This document shows, piece by piece, positions 19,658-30,080 of a stretch of DNA of 64,000 bases. The notes under the pieces are model-generated. The model searched no databases and was not told where the DNA came from. It saw only the letters and a list, made by a program, of their open reading frames with translations. Position 1 is the first letter of the stretch. Each line of letters starts with the position of its first letter. The stretch is taken from the IMG/VR virus record IMGVR_UViG_3300008111_001118, one strand, 5' to 3'. The DNA is from a virus. Its lineage: Duplodnaviria > Heunggongvirae > Uroviricota > Caudoviricetes. A program made the position numbers and the translations under genes.

Positions 19658-21073
19658 ATGACTGATAAATTACCATCTGAAACATTCTGTATATTGCCGT
19701 GGGTTCACCTAAGCACTAGACCTGACGGATCTATGAGAGTGTGCTGTACAGCAAATGCAAGCAGTGTAGGTGCAACAAATGATAAAGAATACGGCGGCCA
19801 GGTTGGAATTTTACGAACTGAAGATGGAAAGCCTAGTAATTTAAATGTAAGTGATTTTTTATCTAGTTGGAACAGTACTTACATGAAAAATGTTCGTAAG
19901 CAAATGTTAAATGGTGAAAAACCTCCTAGTTGTCTTAAATGCTATAAAGAAGAGGCAGCAGGTCATTGTAGTAAACGTCAATGGGAAACATCTTATTGGA
20001 AACAACGTGTTGATTTAGATAAAATTTTATCTGAAACTGCGGACGACGGAAGTGTTCCGCCACAGTTGGCATACATCGATCTTAGATTTGGTACCAAATG
20101 CCAACTTGCTTGTGTAATGTGCAGTCCACACGATAGCAGTGGTTGGATTAAAGACTACAAAGCAATATTTCCTGCGGTAGAAAATGCTAGTCTTAAAGAA
20201 ATTATGCAATGGGATAATAAAGGTAGCACCAACGGAAGTAGTTATAATTGGCATAAGCAAAATCCTAAATTTTGGAAACAATTTTATGAACAAATTCCAA
20301 ATATGCAACAAATTTATTTTGCAGGCGGTGAAAGTCTTATTATCGAAGAACATTACGAAATTCTTGAAGAATGTATCAAACAGGGTTATGCAAAAAATCT
20401 AGAACTACGATATAATTCAAATGGAGTTGAATGGAGAGAAGATCTATTTGATTTATGGAAAGAATTTAAACTTGTACGTTTTCACTATAGCATAGACAGC
20501 ATAGAACAAATGAACGATTATATTCGTTATCCTAGTAAGTGGAATAGACAAGAAGAAGTATTTCACATTTTAGACAATGAAACTAGTGATAATGTAGAAA
20601 TTACTATTGCTTGTGCAGTGCAAGCACTAAATGTTTATTACTTGCCTGATTTTATACAATGGAAATTAGAAAAAGGTTTTAAAAAAATCAATATGTGGCC
20701 CTTTGGAGCAGGCGGCATAAGTCAACACTTTGTATATTGGCCTGCTCATCTAAATGTAAAAGTTTTGCCCAAATGGTTCAAAGAAGAATGCAGACGCAAA
20801 TACGAGTCATGGTATCCGTGGTGGGAAGCAAATTGGGAAAAAGGAATTCCTAGTTGGCATAACGGTAATGTAAACTTTGAGCAATGGCGCAATGCCGAAT
20901 ATGGTATTAAAAGACTAAATGGAATACTTAGCTTCATGGAAAGTGAAGACTGGAGTCAACGACTTCCTGAAATGAAAGAATTTTTAAATCTTTGTGACAA
21001 ACAAAGAAATATTAATTTTTCAAATGTATTTCCTGAAATGAAGGGCATCTTTGACAATGAACAAACGTCTTGA
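19658..21073 (+). CDS. Radical SAM protein with N-terminal twitch-like domain
   Basis: CQLACVMC, GGES, YNSNG, SIDS; N-terminal CILPW..VCC..CLKC. Confidence 0.85.
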   Translation: MTDKLPSETFCILPWVHLSTRPDGSMRVCCTANASSVGATNDKEYGGQVGILRTEDGKPSNLNVSDFLSSWNSTYMKNVRKQMLNGEKPPSCLKCYKEEAAGHCSKRQWETSYWKQRVDLDKILSETADDGSVPPQLAYIDLRFGTKCQLACVMCSPHDSSGWIKDYKAIFPAVENASLKEIMQWDNKGSTNGSSYNWHKQNPKFWKQFYEQIPNMQQIYFAGGESLIIEEHYEILEECIKQGYAKNLELRYNSNGVEWREDLFDLWKEFKLVRFHYSIDSIEQMNDYIRYPSKWNRQEEVFHILDNETSDNVEITIACAVQALNVYYLPDFIQWKLEKGFKKINMWPFGAGGISQHFVYWPAHLNVKVLPKWFKEECRRKYESWYPWWEANWEKGIPSWHNGNVNFEQWRNAEYGIKRLNGILSFMESEDWSQRLPEMKEFLNLCDKQRNINFSNVFPEMKGIFDNEQTS

Positions 21074-22520
21074 TATATTAATATGCATTGTACCTAAAAT
21101 TTTTCCAGATGCTCCAACAGTTGGTCCAGCAGTATTAAAGTCTCATATAGAATCTGCCGGATTTTCTTGCGAAGTTATAGATTTAAATATTAAATTATAT
21201 AACGAATTTAAACAACACGGAGATGAAGATCAGTTTTTTGATAAAGATAGTGCATTTAGATGTCGAGATATTGAAAAAGTCGACGAAGTGTTTGGTGAAA
21301 ATTATAAAAAATACAAATATGTTTTTGACGAATGGATCAACCTTTTCAAAGAAAAAAATCCTAAGTGGATAGGGTTAAGTTTATTAACAGTAATGAGTAG
21401 TGCAGTTGCAATAAAACTTAGTCAACTTATTAGAGAAAACTTACCAGAAACAAAGATAATATGGGGCGGCGCCGAAGTTACAAGAGGACGTACTAAAAAA
21501 TACTTTGAACACGGACTAATTGATCATTGGATCAGCGGTGACGGCGAAGTTCCGATCATTAATTTGTTAAAGGGAGAAATAGATAACGATGGCATTGATG
21601 ATAGACCTCCTTATCAATTAATCGATATAAACAGTGTACTAGTTCCAAACTATAATGACATTACTTGGAACGAATATCCATTTATTAATCAACCCGAACC
21701 AGTATATATTACCGGAAGCAGAGGGTGTGTTAAACGTTGTGATTTTTGCAATGTTTATGAAATATGGCCAAAATATGTTTTTAGAAGTGGCGAAAGTATT
21801 GCTAACGAAATTATTCAAGTTAAACAAAAGTATAACAGAACTACTTTTAAATTTACAGATAGTCTTATAAATGGTAGTATGAAAGCGTTTAGAGAAATGC
21901 TTCATATTTTAGCAGATTTTAACAATACAAGAAATACCGAAGATGAAAAAATTAGATGGCATAGTCAATGGATAGTAAGAAACTTTAGACAAAGTCCAGA
22001 AGAAGACTACTGTCTTATGAAAGAAAGTGGCTGCTATGCACTCGACGTTGGTGTTGAAAGTTTTAGTCAAGCAGTCAGGTTTGAACTAGGAAAAAAGTTT
22101 ACAGATGAAGATATGTGGTGGTGCTTTGAAATGTTGCAAAAATACGAAATACACCACACACTGTTAATGTTTGTTGGTCATCCTTTTGAAACCGACATAG
22201 ACCATCAAATAACTTTAGATACTATTAAAAAATTATATGAAAAAGGCTATTCCACAAAAAGAGTTAATGAAAAAAAACTTATGTATGTTAGTATGGCAAA
22301 TACTATGATGTTATCTGATGATACTCCAGTATGGAATAAAGTAAAAGATGAACTTGAATATTGGTACAACGACTGGAATTGGAAATTTAGAGATAATACA
22401 CTTGAAGTAAGACTCAAACGTCTTGAAGAAGCAAACGACTTTTTATCTAAATTTGCAGAGCAAGAAAAATCGTGGATGGTGCGTAAAAAAATTGAAATGA
22501 TAAAGAAAAGTTTTGGATAA
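21057..22520 (+). CDS. Cobalamin-binding radical SAM protein
   Basis: PTVGPAVLK, IGLS, IWGGA, GDGE, GSRGCVKRCDFC, VGVESFS. Confidence 0.85.
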   Translation: MNKRLDILICIVPKIFPDAPTVGPAVLKSHIESAGFSCEVIDLNIKLYNEFKQHGDEDQFFDKDSAFRCRDIEKVDEVFGENYKKYKYVFDEWINLFKEKNPKWIGLSLLTVMSSAVAIKLSQLIRENLPETKIIWGGAEVTRGRTKKYFEHGLIDHWISGDGEVPIINLLKGEIDNDGIDDRPPYQLIDINSVLVPNYNDITWNEYPFINQPEPVYITGSRGCVKRCDFCNVYEIWPKYVFRSGESIANEIIQVKQKYNRTTFKFTDSLINGSMKAFREMLHILADFNNTRNTEDEKIRWHSQWIVRNFRQSPEEDYCLMKESGCYALDVGVESFSQAVRFELGKKFTDEDMWWCFEMLQKYEIHHTLLMFVGHPFETDIDHQITLDTIKKLYEKGYSTKRVNEKKLMYVSMANTMMLSDDTPVWNKVKDELEYWYNDWNWKFRDNTLEVRLKRLEEANDFLSKFAEQEKSWMVRKKIEMIKKSFG

Positions 22521-23584
22521 TGCCATTTTGTAATGCGTTGACAAATCATATGTGTATTACAGTAGCAGCAAGTTGGCGGCCCTGTTGTCGGTTTAATAAT
22601 TTTCCTTTGGTGGATATAAACCAAGTCGATTTTAAATCATATCAAGACAGTGATTTTTATAAATCTATTAAATCAGATATGTTTTCCGGATGGTCGTCTG
22701 GTTGTAAAAAATGCAAAGAAGAAGAAGAGCGAGGACAAACAAGTTTACGAGAAGTGTTAAATAAAACTTTATCAGGTAGTTCGGATATTGAATATGTTGA
22801 GATTAGTTTAAGTAATAACTGCAATCTTGCTTGTAAGATGTGTTCTCCTACTTACAGTACTTTTTGGAATAAATTAGTAACTGACAACCAAGTATTAAAT
22901 GATTATTATACTACAACTATTCAACCAACTATTAGTGTAGAAAAAATATTTTCAACGATTGATTTGTCTAAGTTAAAAAAAATTAAATACCTAGGAGGAG
23001 AACCATTTATAACTCCAGAAATAAAAGAACTGTTTGAATTTTTAGAAATAAAAGGAATAATACAAAACATTGAATTTGAATGTAATACCAACTGTACACT
23101 TTTTCCTACAAAATGGTTACATTACTTAGATAAATTTAAAAAAGTAACAATAGAACTTAGCATCGACGGTGTTGGATTAGTTAACGATTATATTAGATAC
23201 GGAAAGATGTGGAATACTATTGAAAAAAATATTATAAAGTGGTCTAAAACAGATTACGATGTAAATGTTTATAGTACTGTACAAGCATATAACTTACATG
23301 ACATGAAAAATGTTAAAGAACTCGCAAATAGTCTATCTTTAAAACATTACAGTAGTTTGCTAGTAGTTCCTGAATTTTTAAGTGTACACACGTTACCGTT
23401 GGACTATTTAGAAATTATCAAAGATAATTACAATCAAAAATATTTTAAAAGTATTAAAAACAATAATAAATTTGCAGAATTGACTAAATTTACAAAGACG
23501 ATAGATAACATTACTGGATTGCATTTAAAAAACGTAGTGCCATTATTGTATAATTTTATGGAGAATAACAATGAGTCGAATTGA
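22520..23584 (+). CDS. Radical SAM protein with N-terminal twitch-like domain
   Basis: CNLACKMC, GGEPF, TNCT, SIDG; N-terminal PCC..CKKC. Confidence 0.85.
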   Translation: MPFCNALTNHMCITVAASWRPCCRFNNFPLVDINQVDFKSYQDSDFYKSIKSDMFSGWSSGCKKCKEEEERGQTSLREVLNKTLSGSSDIEYVEISLSNNCNLACKMCSPTYSTFWNKLVTDNQVLNDYYTTTIQPTISVEKIFSTIDLSKLKKIKYLGGEPFITPEIKELFEFLEIKGIIQNIEFECNTNCTLFPTKWLHYLDKFKKVTIELSIDGVGLVNDYIRYGKMWNTIEKNIIKWSKTDYDVNVYSTVQAYNLHDMKNVKELANSLSLKHYSSLLVVPEFLSVHTLPLDYLEIIKDNYNQKYFKSIKNNNKFAELTKFTKTIDNITGLHLKNVVPLLYNFMENNNESN

Positions 23585-24464
23585 CGAACCGGGATATTAT
23601 CAACTACCGATGGACCATCCTATTGCTATAGAAAATGTTCGTAGACATTCGAGCAAAGCCGCATGTATTGAAAATATGTGGGATGAAAAAGAACTTGATT
23701 GGCTTTGGAAAAATGCTTTTACAGCAGACTACAATGTTCCTAGATTAAACAAAAATGGGACAGTAATCATTGATGTTGATATGAGCAAAATATATCAGCG
23801 TTATAAAGAAAAGTTTGATGCAGCATTAGGCACAACTGCTGAAAAAACTCCAGTAATTGGCGGCAACTATTTTATTACTCCCCAGCAGTATGGGTTGCAC
23901 CAAGATGCAATGCGTGAAAAAGGTTATAAAAACATGCTAGAGCATGTGCCTTTAAACCATCCTCAAAGAAAATATACCACGTGGAAAAATATTATTACAC
24001 CATTATGGATAGGAACACATCTTGATACAATAGACGGCGGACAGATAGTCTTCTTCGAAGAACGTGATATAGGATGGGCTAAAGTTTACAACGGCGGTGC
24101 CGAAACTAAAAATATTGCCAGTATTTACGAAATTGTAACCGACTATAAACACCTTCAATTTTATGACAGAGATGGCAACCCTATACCGCAGTCCGACGAG
24201 CCGTTTGACAAAGATTTTTATAACAAGTATATGAATACTCCTTATCGTAGATTACAAGGTTTAAACCCTGAATCAGTATTTGATTGGACCCCGGGATCTC
24301 CGTGTATATTTGATGCTGTGCAATTACACGCAACAAACGAAGGCACCAAAGGCGGCGAACATAAAAAGACATGGAACAGTAAAATGGGTCTACTTATGAT
24401 GTTTATGATCGAATTGGATGAGGATCTATTAATAGAATGGCGCAAAGAACAAGAGAAGATGTAA
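23571..24464 (+). CDS. 2OG-Fe(II) oxygenase-like protein
   Basis: GLHQD (HxD), IFDAVQLHAT (distal His), SKMGL. Confidence 0.5.
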   Translation: MSRIDEPGYYQLPMDHPIAIENVRRHSSKAACIENMWDEKELDWLWKNAFTADYNVPRLNKNGTVIIDVDMSKIYQRYKEKFDAALGTTAEKTPVIGGNYFITPQQYGLHQDAMREKGYKNMLEHVPLNHPQRKYTTWKNIITPLWIGTHLDTIDGGQIVFFEERDIGWAKVYNGGAETKNIASIYEIVTDYKHLQFYDRDGNPIPQSDEPFDKDFYNKYMNTPYRRLQGLNPESVFDWTPGSPCIFDAVQLHATNEGTKGGEHKKTWNSKMGLLMMFMIELDEDLLIEWRKEQEKM

Positions 24465-24466
24465 AC

Positions 24467-25066
24467 ATGATAATAACAAAAGCAATGGATATACCCGGAG
24501 AAACAACCGAACTTCAACATGAGTGGTATCAAAAAATTGTTAATTGGTTTTATTATAAACCTAAAATTTTAGAAATTGGATGTGCGTGGGGTAGAGGATC
24601 GTGGGCATGGTTAGATTGTATAACTGATACCAACGACGGCTCTTTAGAAATTTTAGATAATTGGGCGTACTCAAGGAGATATAGCAAAATTAAAATTTAT
24701 GATGAAAATTATTATAATCACATAGGACAGATTTTTCCCGATTATAATCAAAAAGAAATATTGTTGTATAATTTAAAACAAAACAAAAATTTTAAAAAAT
24801 TAAAACACATTTATACAGGCAAGTATTTAGCCGCACCAAAATCTTATGATATTGTTTATTTAGATGATGATCATAGTCAAGAAAACGTATTAAACGAATT
24901 AAATTATTTTAATGGAATTCCTGTAATATGTGGAGATGACTTTGCCCAAAGTCAACCCGGAGTTCTAAAAGCAATATGTAAATTTTATTCTAAAAATTTT
25001 AATAATTATAAATTATATACAGATCCTGATGCTAGATTTTGGGTAATGAAACGAATAGACATATGA
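24467..25066 (+). CDS. Class I SAM-dependent methyltransferase
   Basis: ILEIGCAWGRGS, YDIVYLDDDH, GDD; ATG at 24467. Confidence 0.75.
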   Translation: MIITKAMDIPGETTELQHEWYQKIVNWFYYKPKILEIGCAWGRGSWAWLDCITDTNDGSLEILDNWAYSRRYSKIKIYDENYYNHIGQIFPDYNQKEILLYNLKQNKNFKKLKHIYTGKYLAAPKSYDIVYLDDDHSQENVLNELNYFNGIPVICGDDFAQSQPGVLKAICKFYSKNFNNYKLYTDPDARFWVMKRIDI

Positions 25067-25157
25067 CGATATCTATAAACAACAAGTTAAGTATGTAATT
25101 GTTTTATAGATATTGCTTAATTTTCTTAGACAATAACAAAAACGACAGGATTATATT

Positions 25158-25862
25158 ATGCTAGATCTTTCTAAAAATAAAATAAGTTACACTATAAACA
25201 AGTATAAAATTATGACAGGTAATTGTGATTTTAAAACACATCTTCTATTATTGAATTATCTAAATCCTATGTCTGTTTGGGAATTAGGAGCCGGCCGAGG
25301 GTCGTGGTGCCTTGGATTACATGAATTTTCTAATAATAACACACGTTATAATTTAGTTGAAGATTTTTCTTGGTGCAAACACGGTTACGATAAATTATTT
25401 GTTGATTATTATTGGCCAAAAAATATTAAGGATTTAGAAAGTTTTATAAAAAGTACAAACAGTAATATAAATTACAAAATATTTGATGGTGACATTTCAA
25501 ATTTTAAAGAAAGTCTTAAAAATGTAGAAGTAATTAGAATTGATTGTGATTTATTAAACACACAAGACACTATAGACACAATATTAACTAATAGTTTTGA
25601 TAATTTAGTTATTTTAATAGATGACATTAGACCCAATGGTGCCTTTAATAGACTGTTTGATGTACTAAGTTTTATAGAAAAAAATAAATTAAAAATAATT
25701 TTAACAGCAGACGAGACAGTAGTATTAGCTAAACCACAATTTGATGTTGACAATTTATATCAACACTGTCTTACATATAAAGAAAAATTTAAAAAGATTT
25801 CTTTTAGAAATGATTACAACATATATAATAAACAAGCAGAATATTTACAATTTAAAGATTAA
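25158..25862 (+). CDS. Class I SAM-dependent methyltransferase-like protein
   Basis: VWELGAGRGSW, IRIDCD, ILIDD. Confidence 0.65.
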   Translation: MLDLSKNKISYTINKYKIMTGNCDFKTHLLLLNYLNPMSVWELGAGRGSWCLGLHEFSNNNTRYNLVEDFSWCKHGYDKLFVDYYWPKNIKDLESFIKSTNSNINYKIFDGDISNFKESLKNVEVIRIDCDLLNTQDTIDTILTNSFDNLVILIDDIRPNGAFNRLFDVLSFIEKNKLKIILTADETVVLAKPQFDVDNLYQHCLTYKEKFKKISFRNDYNIYNKQAEYLQFKD

Positions 25863-25864
25863 TC

Positions 25865-27016
25865 ATGTCACACACATTTTGTAGCGAACCTTATAAACAA
25901 ATACATTTCGATAGTAGAGGAAACTTGGGACCGTGTTGTCAATATGTAGGTATTAGACCAGAAATGACAAGTTTTAATGAATACTTAAATAGTGATTGGT
26001 TAAAAAATTTAAAAAACCAGTTAAACAACAATCATAAAACAAGTGGATGCAATTTTTGTTGGAAACAAGAAAACAATGGATCTAAAAGTATGCGTGAAAA
26101 AAGAAATGCATACTATGAAAATAAACCCAACAACGGAATAGAACATATTATGATTACTTACGGCAATCAATGCAATACTGCATGTCGTATATGCAACTCG
26201 AGTAGAAGTAGTTTAATTGAAAAACAGTATAGAGAAATGAAAGATAACGTTACTGATCAAGAACTTTTGAATTTAATAAGTAAAAAACATGTATGGAATA
26301 AAACAAAGACTTGGTATCGTAATATAAACAATGATATAATTTCAATCGCAGACACTATTCGAAAAATTGAAATCAGTGGTGGCGAACCTTTTATAAATGT
26401 TCATTTTGATAAACTTATAGATGGTTTAATTGAGTCTGGTAAAAAATTGCCAGGACTTAATATAACAACTAACGGAAGTTTTACAGAGGAACAAATTGTT
26501 AAGCTAAAAGAATTCGAGCATGTACATATAAACTTTAGTATCGACGGAGTAGGAAAAGATTTTTACGAATATTTAAGATGGCCCTTAAAATGGAATGACG
26601 TCTTATCAAAAATTGATATTCTTAAAAAGTATCCGTGGATAACTTGCGAATTTGTTATAGTTCCTCATAACTTAAACGTTTTAAATTTAAGTGAAAGTAT
26701 CATTTGGTTTAAAGAATATACAAATTACGATACTAGATTTAAGATAGGATTTAGTTGGCTTAACGGAGCACCTTGGTATAGTATTGATAATACTCCGAAA
26801 CGGGCAAGAGATAAGGCTATAGCAGATATAGAAAGTACTATATTTGTAGATTACACTGACGTAGAGATAGAACAGATTAACGAATTAATTTTTATTTTAA
26901 AGAACGCAAACAACCCTAAAGAATTAAATTTATTAAAATCTCATGTTGCAATGACTGATTCTTATAGAAATTGTAACACATGGGATGTTGTTGGATGGAA
27001 ATTAGAAGAGATATGA
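25865..27016 (+). CDS. Radical SAM protein with N-terminal twitch-like domain
   Basis: CNTACRIC, GGEPF, TTNGS, SIDG; N-terminal PCC..CNFC. Confidence 0.85.
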   Translation: MSHTFCSEPYKQIHFDSRGNLGPCCQYVGIRPEMTSFNEYLNSDWLKNLKNQLNNNHKTSGCNFCWKQENNGSKSMREKRNAYYENKPNNGIEHIMITYGNQCNTACRICNSSRSSLIEKQYREMKDNVTDQELLNLISKKHVWNKTKTWYRNINNDIISIADTIRKIEISGGEPFINVHFDKLIDGLIESGKKLPGLNITTNGSFTEEQIVKLKEFEHVHINFSIDGVGKDFYEYLRWPLKWNDVLSKIDILKKYPWITCEFVIVPHNLNVLNLSESIIWFKEYTNYDTRFKIGFSWLNGAPWYSIDNTPKRARDKAIADIESTIFVDYTDVEIEQINELIFILKNANNPKELNLLKSHVAMTDSYRNCNTWDVVGWKLEEI

Positions 27017-28107
27017 ATAAACCTTTTTGCTATGCACCTTGGACAACAATCCAATACAGTGGAGTATATAGTGGCGGCGGAACGTCTCCGTGTTGTGAAT
27101 GGAGGGGAGAAAAATATAAAGGAAAAGTTAAAGATTACCAAGATAGTGAATATTTGGATAAAATAAAACTTGCAATGGAAACACACGATACAAGTTTTAT
27201 TGCTTTTAGTTGTCAAGAATGTATTAATACTGAGTCACATGGCATCTTGTCGGCTAGAAATTTTATTGATAAAAACGTAAAAAATAATAAGTATGAAATA
27301 GGAAAAATAAACAAATTAGATTATAGGCCGGATAATTTGTGTAATTTAAAATGTAGAATGTGTAGCCCGAGTAGTAGCAGCCTCATCGAAGAAGAACGAG
27401 TTTTACATAATTTGATAAAGCCTATTGAAAAAAGAGATACCAATGACGTGTTAGACTTTGATTTATCTAGTTTAAGACATCTTGCTATATTAGGTGGCGA
27501 ACCAACAGTTAACAAAAATCTCTTTCCTATTTTAGATTATTTTATAGAGACCGGTATGACAGAAACTGTTCGCTTGCAGTATACAACTAATTGTACAAGT
27601 GTTAATAACCCGTGGATGAGTCGAGTGAAACAATTTAAAGAGGTCAACATAAATTTAAGTTTAGACGGCGCTGGAAAATCTTATGAGTATATAAGAACAG
27701 GTGCAAAATGGTATAATGTTGAAAAAAACATTCATAAAATAATAAAATCTGCAAATAATTACAGTATTAACATGTGTATTCAAATGGTAAATTTTGTGCT
27801 AGTTGAAGACTGGATAGAATACTTTTTTCAGTTTGATTCTGATAAAGTACACATGAATCCTATGTTTGGAGCAGTTCCAGGAAAGGTTGACTGCATACCT
27901 GACGATATTAGAGAACAAAAAATAGAATATTTGCAATCTTTAAAACATCCTATATCGGATAAATTAGTTGATAGATTTAAAAATTACAAATTTAATATAA
28001 ATGAACTTATACGATACAAAGAATTCAACAGTTGGCATGACAACATAAGAAATACAAATTTATTAGACCTTGATCCTATTTTTTCAAAAATCTTAACAAT
28101 GGTCTAA
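27013..28107 (+). CDS. Radical SAM protein with N-terminal twitch-like domain
   Basis: CNLKCRMC, GGEPT, TTNCT, SLDG; N-terminal CYAPW..PCC..CQEC. Confidence 0.85.
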   Translation: MNKPFCYAPWTTIQYSGVYSGGGTSPCCEWRGEKYKGKVKDYQDSEYLDKIKLAMETHDTSFIAFSCQECINTESHGILSARNFIDKNVKNNKYEIGKINKLDYRPDNLCNLKCRMCSPSSSSLIEEERVLHNLIKPIEKRDTNDVLDFDLSSLRHLAILGGEPTVNKNLFPILDYFIETGMTETVRLQYTTNCTSVNNPWMSRVKQFKEVNINLSLDGAGKSYEYIRTGAKWYNVEKNIHKIIKSANNYSINMCIQMVNFVLVEDWIEYFFQFDSDKVHMNPMFGAVPGKVDCIPDDIREQKIEYLQSLKHPISDKLVDRFKNYKFNINELIRYKEFNSWHDNIRNTNLLDLDPIFSKILTMV

Positions 28108-28821
28108 TACCAACAGGTTTGCCAGCGGCAGTTTTGGCTAAATGTATAGATTTAGTCGGCAACAGTTGAAAGTCAGTTATTACTTTTTTATATTCTTCGT
28201 TATATGTTTTCCAAAAATATTCTGGGCCAAATGCACCCCTATTCTATTTCCACCTAGCCCTCCCTTGCTTAAACTAATACCAAATGTTTGAATAGCAGGG
28301 TGGTCAAAGTCGAATTCGATATCTCGAATACAACTTATCCAAGCACCATCGATGTGTACAGGTATTTTTAGTTTATAGCAAGTATTTAAAATTTCTGTCA
28401 TTTCTGGATGTACATCACCGTAGTACGGAAACGGCATTGAAATTAACAACTCTTTATTTGGATCTAATGTATCAATAGTAGTATAAGTTATATTAGGATT
28501 TAATCTATAATGATACTTATAGTCGTTTTCAAAAGTTTGTAACGAACCGCAGCGTTGATAAAGATCATCGATATATTGAGTACAGCCGTTTATAATGTCT
28601 AATCTTTTAAAAACATCTACACCTTTAAATTTACTATACTGATGATTTTTAAGCCAATTAACAAATGTTTCTTTAAAAATCGAGTCTAAATCTGCGGTAT
28701 GTACTGGATTTTCTTTATAAAAATTATCGTAAAACTCGTTAATTTTATTACTGTACATAGGTTGCGGCCTGTCAGTTTGTAACCATTCTTTAGTATACTC
28801 TCTTGTTACGTTATCTCTCAT
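28076..28821 (-). pseudogene. PLP-dependent enzyme paralogue of 6365..7270, broken by internal deletion plus frameshift near 28235
   Basis: Frame 1 has PVHIDGAW and ISLSK..NRIG. Another frame carries the homologous tail AFGPEYFWKTY...GIRPLLRFLKK (stop at 28076). About 30-35 aa present in the paralogue are absent. Confidence 0.75.
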
Positions 28822-28826
28822 GAAAA

Positions 28827-28855
28827 TATTTATATGCGTAGTTAACTACTAAATA
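28827..28855. promoter_or_regulatory. Back-to-back late promoter boxes
   Basis: Minus-strand TATAAATA (28827-34) and plus-strand TAAATA (28850-55), each 5 nt from an ATG. Confidence 0.6.
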
Positions 28856-28860
28856 ACAAT

Positions 28861-30051
28861 ATGAAACCTTGCATACTTCCTTGGATAAATTTTAGCACCA
28901 ACACATTCGGTCGTCCTCGAACTTGCGGCTATGCAGATCAGGCAGTTGTAAAAGATGCACAAGTCAAGTTAAAAGGTAGTAGTATAGAAAACGAATGGAA
29001 CAATGATTATTTTAAAAAAATACGTATAGATTTTTTAAACGGAAAATGGCCAGAGAACTGTAAGCGTTGCGAGTACGTTGAAAGTTTAAATGGTCATAGT
29101 AAACGATTAGAAGAAAACAAATACCATTACGAAACAAACAAACATCTCATCAATGAAACTAAATCCGATGGCAGTGTTCCGTATTACCCACCTAATATTG
29201 ATATTCGTGTTGGCACAATTTGTAATTTGAAGTGTATACATTGCGGCACCGGCGCTAGCAGCAAATGGAACGAAGACAAGTCCCTATTAAACAAATATCC
29301 TAATACAGAATCGTATAACATAGATAACAAGTGGATAGAACAAGATAGTTTTATATGGGATAATATAAAAGAAAATCTACATCAAACAAAAAAGTTTAAC
29401 TTTTTAGGTGGAGAGCCATTTGCTAATAAACAACACAATAAATTTATCGAAGAAATTTCAAAAACAGAACACGCAAGTAAAATAACACTTCACTATGTCA
29501 GTAACGGAACATTGTTAACTGAAAAGATACTTAATCAACTATCTAAATTTGAAAGTGTTGTAATTAGATTAAGTGTTGACGCTATTGATATTCCTGGAGA
29601 ATATTTTAGATTTCCTATTAAATGGGAAACATTTAAAAAGAAACTCGAATTAATACAACAATATGCAAAACAGTATAGTAACTTTGATGTTGGGGTACAG
29701 TGGACCTGCTCAAATATAAGTATGTTTTATCTAGTTGAGACGTATGATTACATAAAATTTAATTTTCCAGATATAAAATTTATTCTTTGTAATCATGTAG
29801 AATGGCCGATTCACATGAGTGCTCAAGTGTTACCCGTAGAATTAAAACAAATTATCAAAGAAAAAATAAATCGATACAATTTTGATGACACAGACAAAAT
29901 AGAATTTTATGTTAATCACATGTTTGAAAAAGATTTATGGAACGAATACGGAAAAACATTCATTTCTTATCTAAATGACCTAGACACCGCACGAAACATA
30001 TCATGGAAGCATAGTTTTAAAGAAATGAAAATTGAAAACTACACATATTGA
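28861..30051 (+). CDS. Radical SAM protein with N-terminal twitch-like domain
   Basis: CNLKCIHC, GGEPF, SNGT, SVDA; N-terminal CILPW..TCG..CKRC; paralogue of 19658. Confidence 0.85.
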   Translation: MKPCILPWINFSTNTFGRPRTCGYADQAVVKDAQVKLKGSSIENEWNNDYFKKIRIDFLNGKWPENCKRCEYVESLNGHSKRLEENKYHYETNKHLINETKSDGSVPYYPPNIDIRVGTICNLKCIHCGTGASSKWNEDKSLLNKYPNTESYNIDNKWIEQDSFIWDNIKENLHQTKKFNFLGGEPFANKQHNKFIEEISKTEHASKITLHYVSNGTLLTEKILNQLSKFESVVIRLSVDAIDIPGEYFRFPIKWETFKKKLELIQQYAKQYSNFDVGVQWTCSNISMFYLVETYDYIKFNFPDIKFILCNHVEWPIHMSAQVLPVELKQIIKEKINRYNFDDTDKIEFYVNHMFEKDLWNEYGKTFISYLNDLDTARNISWKHSFKEMKIENYTY

Positions 30052-30075
30052 CTATTTAAAAAAAGACGTTATAAT
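30048..30075 (+). promoter_or_regulatory. Sigma70-type promoter
   Basis: TTGACT (30048-53), 16 nt, TATAAT (30070-75); ATG 30081 lies 5 nt downstream. Confidence 0.7.
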
Positions 30076-30080
30076 AAATT

